Below, in pieces: positions 27,950-39,400 of a stretch of DNA of 64,000 bases. Both the position numbers and the translations under genes were made by a program. Source of the stretch: Octopus sinensis (taxonomy: Eukaryota); NCBI RefSeq assembly GCF_006345805.1, contig NC_043015.1, positions 2,790,001 to 2,854,000 of the forward strand, written 5' to 3'. Below the pieces are notes generated by a model, which made no database searches, had not been told where the DNA came from, and was given only the letters and a program-made list of their open reading frames with translations. Within the stretch, counting starts at the first letter, position 1. The number at the start of each line of letters is the position of its first letter.

Positions 27950-28280
27950 CTGTTAGAAGGGAGGTAAACTTCAGAATCCATAAAACGCTGTTGATATATA
28001 AAACAAAATATTTGATAAAATAAGTAAAACTAAAACATTATTTAGAAAATTATTAAGGAAAACTAATGAGAAGAAACAGGTAGGCATAGAGTTGGATAGA
28101 AGAAGAAAACATGAAAGAGGAATACCAAACAACGAAAATTATACGCAGGGTTACTAAAAGTTGTTTTCAGCCTCACGGAAAATCAAGAAATAAACTCTAC
28201 TAAATGATATTTGAAAGATGTTATGATTGCTTCCATACAGGGCATACGGACAAAGGCACACTCACTCTCACACACGAATG

Positions 28281-29021
28281 AATAGACATATTATTATTTC
28301 TGAATTTCTCAACGATTGAAATTCAGTAACTTTACTTTAAAGTAAATCTGACAGATGTTACTACTGTTTAGGCCCTGGATACATCGTCCCCTGTTGGCTA
28401 TAGGACAACTATAAAAGTCCTTATATTTTTTAATAGGGGAACTTAACATCCCCACTAAGCAGAAAGCAATATCTGTGGATCGCGGTTTCTGCGTTATTTT
28501 CTATTCCACGGTTCGAAAATATAATAGTTTCAGAGTGAAACACAAACACAACCACTGATCTAATAAATAGACACATTATTATTTCTAAATCTCTCAACGA
28601 GAGACATTCAGTAACTGTACTTTACAGTAAAGATTATTTGCCAGTATAATGTAGCAGTCCCGCTCGGGACGAATGTTACTGTTCTTTAGCTACAGGGAAC
28701 ATCATCTCCTGCTGACCATACGACACACTATTTATGTCCTAATATTTCCGAACAGTTTAGCATCCTCACTCACAACGAAGCAATATCTGTGAACCAAGGT
28801 TTCTTGTTTAATCCCCTTCCTAGACACAGAATAACTACTTGGCTAGAGGTTACGCTACGTTGTGCTAAGTGGGTATGCTAAACTACCTTGTTCGAAATTA
28901 TAAGGACATGTATAGCGTGTCGTATAGCCGGCGGAAGGCGATGTTTTCTGGGGCTAAACAACAGTAACATTCGTCCCAACCGGGACTGCCACAATATGTT
29001 GGCAAACATTCTTTACTTTAT
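28281..29021. repeat. Three diverged copies of a ~150-240 bp repeat (two direct, one inverted); MITE/foldback-like
   Basis: 28281-28488 and 28566-28803 are direct copies; 28863-29021 is the reverse complement of about 28620-28772. Confidence 0.8.
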
Positions 29022-29302
29022 ATATAATTAGCATGTACGGATGTAATATTTCCATGCAGAAGTAAACGTGCACTGTAACTGCTGAAAATTGTTGATATCC
29101 CCACCGCCAAAAAAAAGGAAAATAAAAAGAAAGAAAATAAACAGCGAATTGTTTGTTGCATGCTAGAAAATAATAAAGACGATATTTCTTTTGCTTTTAT
29201 TTATTTGGACTGCCATATGTAACGTGTTATTACATTTCTAAAGCACATAAGTCCTAGCAGCTACACTGTCACGTAGGAAATGCAACTGTGCAAAATTCAC
29301 AA

Positions 29303-31520
29303 CACCATCTCTTCGGTTATCTGGTCATCTGAAAAACGCTATGAAAATATACCGTTATATAAAGGGAAATTACTGTATTGGATTATTAGTAAAGACATTT
29401 TAGATAAAATAAATGCGAAAATTAAGACCGCTACTAGGCTAGTACAATGGTCCAATAGTATAGAAGTCGTACACTGGTTTAAAGCCATTAAGAATAAGAA
29501 AAAAGCGAGGTTTACACAATTCGATATTGTTGATTTTTATGCATCTATCTCTAAAGAACTGCTAGATAAAGCCCTCGTCAGTACAAATGATAAGGACATA
29601 ATCTTCCATGCTAGAAAGACCTTACTTTTCAGTGAGAACGCAAAGTGAGTCAAAAATATCGACACAGAGTGTGCTTTCGATGTGAGCATGAGGTCATATG
29701 ATGGAGCAGGCATTTGCGATCTTATTGGATTTTTTTTCCTAGATACTTTAGGTAAGACATTTCCTGACGTATATTTCGCCATCTACAAAGATGATGCCCT
29801 CGCTTTATCCGCTAATACAAATGGACCAGCACAGGATCATTTTAGGAAGGATATTAGATCTAAATAAGAATATTTATAAGCCTTATAGGAAGCCCAATGA
29901 TAGACTTAGTTATATTAGTGTAGGTTCATGCCATCCCCCTATAGTATTCAAAAATTTAGTTAAAAATATTAGTAAGATAATTTTTAGCCTCTCCTTCAAT
30001 AAGGACATTTTTAATAGCGTTGCCCCAGTTTATAATAAGGCTTTAATAGATAGTGGTTTTAGCGAAAAAATAAAATATACACCTGTTACTAGCCCAACAG
30101 TAAAGAAGAGGAAAAATAGTAATAGGAAGATCATCTGGTTTACACCCCCTTACTCACCTTCAATATAGGTAAATATTTCTTAACACTGATAGATAGACAT
30201 TTTCCAGTTAACTATACGTATTGGAAACTCTTCAATAAACACAATTTAAAAATTAGTTTTAGTTCTACTACAATTTTTAAAAATATAATCAAACATAACA
30301 CACAAAAAACACAAGAAAACAGTTGTTCATGCAGGAATAAAAAATTGTGCCCGCTAGATGGAGGTTGCATGACTGAGACCATCATCTATGAAGCTACCGT
30401 AGACTCTATAACCACTAAAGACACCGTTTCTACGAAGAAATACGTGGGCCTTACAGAGGGTAATTTCAAGGCCAGGTTCAATACCCACACCTTGAGTTTT
30501 AGGCACTGGAACAAAAGAAAAGCGACAAAATTATCTAATCATATTTGGTCTTTAAAAGATAAAGGTGTCGATTATAACATCCATTGGAAGATTTTGGCCA
30601 AATGTAAAACCTATACCAACGGCAGCGGAAGGTGCGGTCTATGCGACATGGAGAGATGGCTTACCTGGAAAAGCAGCTTAGACCCTACTAAATGTCTAAA
30701 CTCATGGACAGAACTTTTCGGATCATGCCCAAATGTGACTAAATTTTTGTTACGTTAAAAGAGATAGAACTTGCTTTCTATGTTACGTCCCAAAAAGTTT
30801 ATTATCTCATTATACCTTTTATTATTACATATTTTTATATTTTCACACATAATAATTTTTTCTGTACTTTTCTAACCTGCATTTTTCCTGTGCCTATATT
30901 GAAATGTATATAGATTCATTTGTACACGTGTGTGAATATGTATGAGTGGGCAGTTTTAGATGTGTGCATGCGTGCGGGCATAAGAATGCACATATATATA
31001 TAGACGTTTTTACTTAGAATTTTTCAATTTTTTTTTTCGGGGGCACATATGTATATTCATTTTTTTGTATATGCATGTGTATGTATGCGTATATAAATAT
31101 GTGCGGGTATGTACATATATGGGCGTGTGTGTGTATGAGTGCATAGGGGCATGTCCGTATATGAACGTGGTTTTTATGCTTAGTATACATCCTTGTTTTT
31201 TCTGTTTTATTTAACCATGGTTTTTCTTGTGTTTGTGCATATATAGACGTATGTATGAACTGTTACGGTACGCGTGTGTGTATGAGGTTATATATATATG
31301 CGTATATATTTGGCGAAAAATGCGAGTGAAAACTGTGTACGTTTTCATAGTGACGTATAAGTAAGCACGTGGTTCCGCGAGCAAAATTATAATACAGTAA
31401 TTTCCCTTTATATAACGGTATTTTTTCATAGCGTTTTTCAGATGGCCAGATAACCGAAGAGATGGTGATGTTGATTTCCACTTCGGCATCTGAAACTCAG
31501 AGTTTTATCTTGGCTATTGA
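29303..31520 (+). mobile_element. Penelope-like element (Naiad-type), 5'-truncated and decayed: RT + GIY-YIG, with inverted terminal piece
   Basis: RT motifs QWSNSIEVVHWFKAI, FTQFDIVDFYASIS, FDVSMRSYDGAGICDLIG, YKDD, YKPYRKPN, IIWFTPPYS. CxCx5Cx5C (CSCRNKKLCPLDGGC) at 30324-30368, then GIY-YIG IIYEATV...YVGLTE..FKARF..H...CGLC. 29303-29379 is the reverse complement of 31391-31467 (75/77). Stops and frameshifts are present. Confidence 0.9.
31443..31516 (+). ncRNA. Type-I hammerhead-like motif (family 2), non-canonical core CCGAAGA
   Basis: Stem I TGGCCAGATAA/TTATCTTGGCTA, core CCGAAGA, stem II GATG/CATC, GAAA, stem III ACTC-A-GAGT, site GUU. Confidence 0.6.
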
Positions 31521-31611
31521 GTAAATGTAACATATTATTTTATAGTTAAATTTCCTATATATACATAATATTGAGGTATCTTTCTTTCTTTTGTTATATT
31601 ACCGGTTTTTA

Positions 31612-31688
<77 letters not shown>

Positions 31689-31716
31689 ATATATATATAA
31701 TATATAATAATACAAA

Positions 31717-31990
31717 TGAATCAAAATTACAGGGAAAAATCAGATTTAGGGTTAAATCCAATTTTATAGTAAAATATTTATATAATATAATTCGAGACAA
31801 AACCACTATCTTAAAACCCAACAAAATTTGATACTGATTAGGAGATCGAAAATCCACCTGACGATTGTCGGTAGCAGACATGAAACAATTGTAGTGGCGG
31901 TTTATTTAATTTATATTAAAATTTTATGTATTGATTAAGTCTTTCCGTGTTTGGTTTTAAAATAGTGGTTTTGTCTCGAATTATATTTAT
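31717..31990 (+). mobile_element. Solo PLE-type terminal repeat (family 1): inverted tail piece followed by hammerhead + tail, embedded in (TA)n
   Basis: 31717-31822 is the reverse complement of the tail of the related copy at 61545-61775. Internal IR arms 31787-31822 / 31949-31984 match at 34/36. Confidence 0.75.
31854..31897 (+). ncRNA. Minimal type-I hammerhead ribozyme motif (family 1)
   Basis: CCAC-CTGACGA-T-TGTC(ggtagca)GACA-T-GAAA-CAATTG-TA-GTGG: stem I CCAC/GTGG, intact CUGANGA and GAAA, palindromic stem III ACAAUUGU, predicted GUA cleavage site after 31893. Confidence 0.8.
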
Positions 31991-32652
31991 ATATATATAT
32001 ATATATTATATATATATATAATATATATACATATAATATATATATATATATATATATGTGATATATATATATATAAATTTATATATATATATATATATAT
32101 ACATTTTATATTATGTATATATATATATATATATACACAAAACACGCACACACACACACAATCACCCACACATATATATATATATATAGATATATTTAAA
32201 GAGAGAGAGAGAGAGATATGTAGATATACACACCCAAGCACACACACATACATGTGTGTGTGTGTGTGTGTGTACAAGTGCTGTAAATCGACTTGCCATC
32301 AGGCGCAATACATACATATCATCCATATTATATATACATACATATGTATATATGTACGTATGCACACATATGGCTATATGCATATATGTGCTCGTCTACG
32401 AGCCACTGTCTGATTTTGTGTGATATCTTATGGAAGGAATACAATTCTGTGCAGAGATATAGAAATAATATTGCTGGTTTCTAAGCAACATATTTTCTCA
32501 GCAATCAAAGTATGTTAAAAAACAATAAACATCGAAACTCTATGTACACAAATTAGATTTTATATTTATCTTTATATCCTAAACATAAAAAAGAAATGTT
32601 TTGAATTGATAAACCTATTGTCTAACAAAAACACTGATATCTGCAATGATAG

Positions 32653-32838
32653 TATTTTTATAATATCATTTTCCGGAGAATGTGGATGTTCAAATTGGCA
32701 TATATATATATATAATATATATATAATAATATATATATATATATATTGCTAATTTCCACATCAACATCCTCCGAAAATTGATGATTATAAAAATATATCA
32801 TTTTTCGGAGAATGTGGATGTGGAAATTAGCAATATAT
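32653..32838. repeat. ~50-bp unit in + / - / + arrangement around a (TA)n tract
   Basis: Units at 32653-32705, 32744-32795 (reverse complement) and 32797-32838. Confidence 0.85.
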
Positions 32839-33064
32839 ATATAATATATATATAATATATAATATATATGTAACTGACAAAAGTGAGTAGTAATTGTATT
32901 TCAAATGGGCAGCCCTTTTACACACTGTGTCAGGCTGCATCTCCCCGAGAACTACGTTAAGGGCACATGTCCTTGTGGATTGCTCAGCCACTTCCACATC
33001 AATTTCATGAGCAAGCCCTTCCGTTGGTCGTATCAGCTGTGACCCTTGTCGTCGTAACCGACGG

Positions 33065-33420
33065 ATTGCTCCTGCATCTTTACCTGCACTGCTAGTAATG
33101 TTATTTACTGCATCTTCTGCTCTCTCTTTCCTTCCTTGTACATTGATCGAACAGGAACACCGTTTGGCTGAACGCTTGGCGGAGCACCTGCGGGATATCA
33201 GACTCAACAATAAAACCCTGGCCTCATGCCACTTCCGCTCTATTGGACTGTGTTCGAACCGTCTCTGCACAAGGGCCTCTCTGTCTCCCGTCTTCGCCTT
33301 GAACAGATATAACTATTTTTCCTTGTTCCTTTACGGCATATAGGCTCAACTGACCACCTCTCCTCATCTGATCCATGTCCCAAACTTCCAATATTCCACT
33401 GCATCCTTCCATCTACAAAC
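33065..33420 (+). mobile_element. PLE GIY-YIG endonuclease fragment (Neptune-like), frameshifted
   Basis: SFTCTASNVIYCIFCSLFPSLYIDRTG / RLAERLAEHLRDIRLNNKTLASCHFRSIG matches the TCxSxNVIYxIxC...YIGETxRxLxxRxxEH pattern. Confidence 0.75.
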
Positions 33421-33661
33421 ACGCATAGATAAAGGTAACTTTCAATCACAAACATACACTATACACATACACACGATTTTATCACAGACACACCCGTACA
33501 CATATATATGTGCACACACCACCTGAACAAGCACACAACAACTTCTACACACAACACACACACTTACATATATATATAGATATGCACACACACACACATA
33601 TATATAGATTATATATATATTATATATATATATATATATAATATATATATATGTATATATA

Positions 33662-33773
<112 letters not shown>

Positions 33774-34424
33774 ACATATCTATATGTGTGTGCATGTGTA
33801 TGTACATGGAGGTTTGCGCGTTTACTTTATGTATTTGGATGCGTATACATATATAAATGTGTGTGTGTGTGTGTGTGTGTTATTAATAGTGCATATATAT
33901 ATGCAAGCATTTTCTGACAGGTTACTACAAAAAGATCTGGAAACATAGTTTTACGATCAACGTAACCAACAATTCCATTACAGAGTATCTTTACTATATA
34001 AAATCACATATATTATCTTATGCTGCCTCATACTCTAAAGAGAATTTATCTCTATGTATATATTTATATACATAGAAATGTGTTGGTTCCACTTGTCTCC
34101 TACTCCGTATTCAGTATTTGCTTCTCGGTGTTTATATTTACATCACCGACCCTTACGTCGTGCTTTCGTTTCAATAGCGATCGTTATTAACGCTGAGAAA
34201 ATAAAAAAAAAACAGAACAAAAAACAATATGAAAGTAAGGCATCCACTAAGATGTGCAGATTATCAGATGTTTATAATTAGGTGAAATTGTGATGCTGTT
34301 CAGCAAATATCTGATGAGTTATTAGCAAGTATGTATTTATTTATGTCTATGTGTTTAAAAACAAATGAGTGAAAGAAGAAATCTGTTTTATATTTACATG
34401 GAGAAAAATATTCGTGTGTGGTCA

Positions 34425-34468
<44 letters not shown>

Positions 34469-34704
34469 ATATATATAATATATAATATATATATACTATA
34501 TATATGTAGGATATTTTACGAAAAAAAACAACAAAAGACGAAGACATGTGGTGTACAAAAACAAACAGATGTATTAGTATAACGCTCAGGAATAGAAAAA
34601 GTATTTTACGTTTCGACCCTACGCTCTTCAACTGAAAGGGACACAGAAAAGAAAGAGAGAAACAAGGAGAGAAAAAAAGAGAGAAAAAATATATATGTAT
34701 CTCT

Positions 34705-34712
34705 GTCCATCC

Positions 34713-34786
<74 letters not shown>

Positions 34787-34795
34787 TTATCTATT
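34705..34795. repeat. (TCTA)n tetranucleotide microsatellite
   Basis: Seen directly in the sequence. Confidence 0.95.
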
Positions 34796-35559
34796 TTGAT
34801 GACAAAACATGATTTATGGTAATAATATTTTGATCTAGTTTTCAAGGCAGCCGAAATATAAGAAATAATCATAAGTCATATGTGTGTATGGTGTTATAGG
34901 AGAAAATGCGTTTATGAATGTAAGGCATCCACTTGGATGTGCAGATTATCAGATGTTTATATTACTTTAACTACTCAGTCATACCCTGTCTCCCTTTCCC
35001 TGTCACAGTGTGTATTTTGGTAAATAAATACACACACACTGATTAATACATACACACACATATTTAAACATACAAGCACACTCAAAGGTTTTAAGTCTCA
35101 TACATGCCAATAAAACCAATTATTAAGAATGCATTCCCACTTCGTTATGTCTGATTTGAGAATCAATCAAGGTATCCAGACATCTATATGCAGTGGAAGA
35201 ATGAGATTGCAAGCGTTGTTTTCTTGTTGGTTAAATAATATCATTCTATTGATATTTAGTTAAAATTTGTATATAAACATACACATATATATGCAAATAT
35301 ATGCATATATATACATGCATATATTCGTATGTTTTTATATACATAAAATATATAGATATGTGTGTGTGTCTGTACCTATGTATATATATATAAATATATT
35401 ATATATTATTATATATATAGATATATATCTATATATATGGTGTGGTGTGTGGTATATATGTAATGTATGTATATACATGCATGCATATGTAAATGGATTT
35501 TTTTCCGAATCGATATCGATGTATACGTAGGATATTCTATATTAGTGTGGTGAATATGA

Positions 35560-35968
35560 TGCTGATAATTCTGTTGTTGATGTCGACGACGATTACGACG
35601 ACGACGACGACAACAATGGCGAGGATGTTACAGTTGGTCGATGTAGATTTGACAATAAACATATTTGTCAGTGGACATATATATATTGGTGTGTGTCGTG
35701 GATCGGCAGACAAATATACATACAAAACTGTAGCGTTTGCTGTTATATTGACGATGGTTATATTGTTGTTATCACTGGAATTTTGTTATTTACCTTCTTT
35801 CGCTATATATATATTTTTTTTTTTTATCCTAGATATTGAATGTATTGATAATGCGGCTGCTTAGGTTGAGCATGATGACAGCTGTGATGATGAAATATCG
35901 GCATTCATATCAGTTGTGATGATGATTACGATGAAGATGTTGTTGTTGTTGTTGATTATTATTATAAT

Positions 35969-36001
<33 letters not shown>

Positions 36002-36090
36002 GTGATGATGCTGTTCATGTTTATGATGTTGATGATAATGATGGCGATAACGATGATGATGGTGGTGATGATGATGATGATGATGATGAA

Positions 36091-36136
<46 letters not shown>

Positions 36137-36595
36137 GTTATGATGATGATGGTGATGATGATGATCGTGATGATGAAGACGATATTGGTGGTGCTGGTTG
36201 TTGAAGTGGTATGCCCATAAAACCTGCTGCAAATAATGATGGTGGAGATACAGTTCATCCTTTGATGGATATGTGGCTGCTGATGATATTGATCAAGATG
36301 ATGGTGAAAATAACGATGACAACAATGATGATGGCTGTGCTAAATGAGGCGGTGATGGTGGTGTGGTGGTGGTGATTGCGATGATGTTGTGTACTCGTGA
36401 GGAGTCGAAGAATGAGAAGTTCGTTGATGCTGATGACAAGGGTGATAATTGTGACAAGGAATGCAATGTTGATGACCGTGGCGATAACGATGATGATGGT
36501 GATGATGGTGGTGGTGGTGGTGGTGGTGGTGGTGGTAGTGATGATGATGATGATGAAGATAATGATGATGATGATAGTGATGTCGATGGCGATGG

Positions 36596-36627
<32 letters not shown>

Positions 36628-36639
36628 GTGAAGATAATG

Positions 36640-36671
<32 letters not shown>

Positions 36672-36681
36672 GATGGTGAAA

Positions 36682-36717
<36 letters not shown>

Positions 36718-36761
36718 CTGATGATGCTGCTGCTGCTGCTGCTGATGATGATGATGGTGAA

Positions 36762-36800
<39 letters not shown>

Positions 36801-36940
36801 GATGGTGATGATGATGATGAGGATGATGATGATGATGTTGACGATCATGATGGCGACAATAATGACGATGACGACGAAGCTGGTGATGATAAGATTGATG
36901 GAAGTAATACTGTTGATTACGAAGTTGTAGATGGTTTTCG
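35560..36940. repeat. Long degenerate (GAT/GGT/GAC)n low-complexity tract
   Basis: Seen directly; it yields poly-D, poly-M, poly-H and poly-I ORFs in several frames. Confidence 0.95.
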
Positions 36941-37517
36941 TCAGCATCAAGTGACGCTTATGAGAATTTTATTGATTAACTTTATCGGAGATGCTACAAA
37001 ATAAAGTGTATTTCCAATATAGAGCTGATTAGTGAAAGGTTAAATAGGGAAACTTTTATTGAAATAATAATAGCAGGTCGATACGTTGTAACTGGAAAAT
37101 GTCAAAATCAAATTTATTTATTATTTTGCCTCCACACCCAACTACATTATTATACAGTTTAAATTTACAATTTGTGAATTATTTGAAATATCGATAAACT
37201 GGAGAATAGTGACAAGTGAGAAATAACTATACCATGTTGAAACGGCTTGAAAAAAATATACCATACGAAGCTGCAGCATTCACAATGAAAACATTATGAA
37301 TAATCAATAGGAATTATATCAATAATTTTATGATACATAGTCTGTGTATCGGTTTGGAAAAAAAAAGTAGATTAAATAAGTGCATTAGATTGTTAGTAAG
37401 TACCCGCAATGCCCTTAACAATTTTATGATCGCAAGCCTTTTTCGGTATATAAGAGAGGAGAGGTTTGAATACTGCATGTTGTCTCATCGGCAACAAGAT
37501 GCATTAATTAATTAAGG

Positions 37518-37672
37518 TGTAGGAGTGACTGTGAGGTAAGTAGCTTACTTACGAACCACATAGTCCCGAGTTCAGTCCAACTACGCAGTACCTTGAGCAA
37601 GTGTCTTCTTCTATTGTCTCGGGCTGACCAAAGCGTTGTGAGTGGATTTAGTAGACGGAAACTAAAGGAAGC
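37518..37672 (+). mobile_element. SINE family A, 5' half
   Basis: Collinear with 533-690. Confidence 0.8.
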
Positions 37673-37734
37673 CTAATATTATATATATATATATATATTA
37701 TATATAGTATATGTATGTATGTGTGTGTGTCTAC

Positions 37735-38110
37735 ACACTCGATCACTGTCAGGAAATACAGCAAACCTGGACTCATCAAAGAATGTGACAGTGTGCCAGA
37801 TGTGGCTTCCTTCTAGCTGCTCTTCCATACTAACTATGTTTGTGGAGATGCCTGACAGTTTTGCGACGTCAAAGAACTTTCAAAATGTATTATCCTCCAC
37901 ACTGGGTCCTGTCAGAGGGACCTGGGGTATCTGGGCAAGCTGCTGTCGACTCCTGTTTCTCTGTCGTGAATTATACAGTCACTCTATTAACTGTAGAAAG
38001 CGGAATCGCAAGGTTTTCTGCAATTTTATGCTGAGTATTTACAACTTCAGAATCACCCACAAAAATACCCTCTTCTAAATTCAAGACTTCTTATGTACGC
38101 GGCATCATTA
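37735..38110 (-). mobile_element. Tc1-like transposase relic (N-terminal HTH and first D of the DDE motif)
   Basis: Minus translation MPRT*EV...QHKIAENLAIPLSTVNRV..., YGRAARRKP, VTFFDESRFAVFPDSDRV, with stops and deletions. Confidence 0.8.
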
Positions 38111-38472
38111 AAGAGTTACATGTAGAACCTGATTAATAAAAGAACAATTAATAAAATATATAAAGGTATATAATTGAGATTTACATTAAAACAACGTTAG
38201 ATGGCGAGTTTTTTCTTAAGCCAGCTCTCAGCTGTTCAGACAATTTGAAGTAAACAGCTATATTTTGCGAGAAACACCTATTATTTCTTATCTCTGCATA
38301 TAGTTGTGAGAATCAGAAATGTGTGCAAATGTATTCTTTAGAATACGATATTTGCCCGTGGGTGTGCGTCTTTGCTATATTCCAACCTGTCGCCAGTCCA
38401 AAGCGTTGCTTCTTTTAGAAAACGAAGAAGTTGTTTCACCATTCTCTATCAAAACCGTTGTACTACACTCAC

Positions 38473-38501
38473 AATGTTTGATATCATGGCAATCGAAGCA
38501 G
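38473..38501 (-). CDS. Candidate 29-nt micro-exon (CFDCHDIKH or AASIAMISNI)
   Basis: Acceptor tattttatttgcag and donor ATT|gtgagt are both close to consensus. Confidence 0.2.
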
Positions 38502-39008
38502 CTGCAAATAAAATATTTGAGGAAACGAAACGGCTATTGATAGAAAAAAAAAATATATTGAAGAAAACACATTTGGCCGAATTTGAACAAACGACAGATT
38601 GAAATATATAATATTATGTTATATATATATACACCACACACACATATATATATATATATAGATATATATATATAATATATATAATATACACATATACATA
38701 TACACAAATTACTAGGTTACTAGGCAATGACCATGAGACAGTTTTAGATGGAACGTAACGAACACTTTAATTAGAGAGAATATTTACAAGTTAAATTTTT
38801 TTTTATGTGACAGCTTCTGTTTCCTGCACTTGTTCACTATATAATTCGCAGAGTTCAGAGTGGTTGAAGTAAGACTATTAATTTGATAAGAGCCACGATT
38901 TTAAACGTTATATGTCTGTGTCTGTGCATGTATGTTGCCCTGGGTGCACGTGTGTGCGTATATATGCATGTATATATAGATAGATATATGTATATATTTA
39001 TGTTCACA

Positions 39009-39400
39009 GGCGTAGGAGTGACTGTGTATTAAGTAGCTTCCTTACTAGGCACATGGTTCCCTGTCCATTCCAACTACACAGTACATTGGGCAGGTGTCTT
39101 CTAATATAGCCTCGGACAGACCAAAGCCTTGTAAGACGGAAACTAAATGAAGCCCGTCGTATATATGTTTATATATGTATGAGTGTGTATATGTTTGTGT
39201 GTTTTCGCTTGTCCCCGAACATAGCTAGAAAACCGATGCTGGTGTGTTTACGCGCCCGTAACATAGCGGTTTAGCAAAGGAAACCGATAGAATACGTACT
39301 AGTCTTACAAAGAATAAGTCATGTCATCAATTTCGTCGACTAAAGGACACGCTCCAGCATGGCCACAGTCAAATGAATGAAACAAGTAAAAGAGTAAAAA
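39009..39400 (+). mobile_element. SINE family A, near full length
   Basis: Collinear with 533-966, including the gaaacaagtaaaagagtaaaa tail. Confidence 0.85.

Noticed and set aside
29646-29648. In-frame TGA in the Naiad-type ORF as selenocysteine
   Set aside because: Some Naiads encode selenoproteins, but this TGA aligns with the conserved Trp of the W-x-K-K motif. All Cys positions of CxCx5Cx5C and CGLC are TGT/TGC, and the ORF has other disabling lesions.
35861-36232. His-rich ORF as a beak or metal-binding protein (also 24152-24535)
   Set aside because: It is the reverse strand of the same (GAT)n microsatellite and lacks the Gly-His repeat organisation of real His-rich beak proteins.
36363-37004. 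Asp-rich 213-aa ORF as an Aspein/Asprich-like biomineralisation protein (also 24160-24564)
   Set aside because: It lies wholly in a degenerate (GAT)n tract that is equally open as poly-M, poly-I and poly-H in other frames. There is no convincing signal peptide or unique domain. Only expression data could rescue it.
37735-38128. GC-rich block with a strong acceptor at 38128 as a host-gene exon
   Set aside because: Translation shows a Tc1 transposase with in-frame stops.
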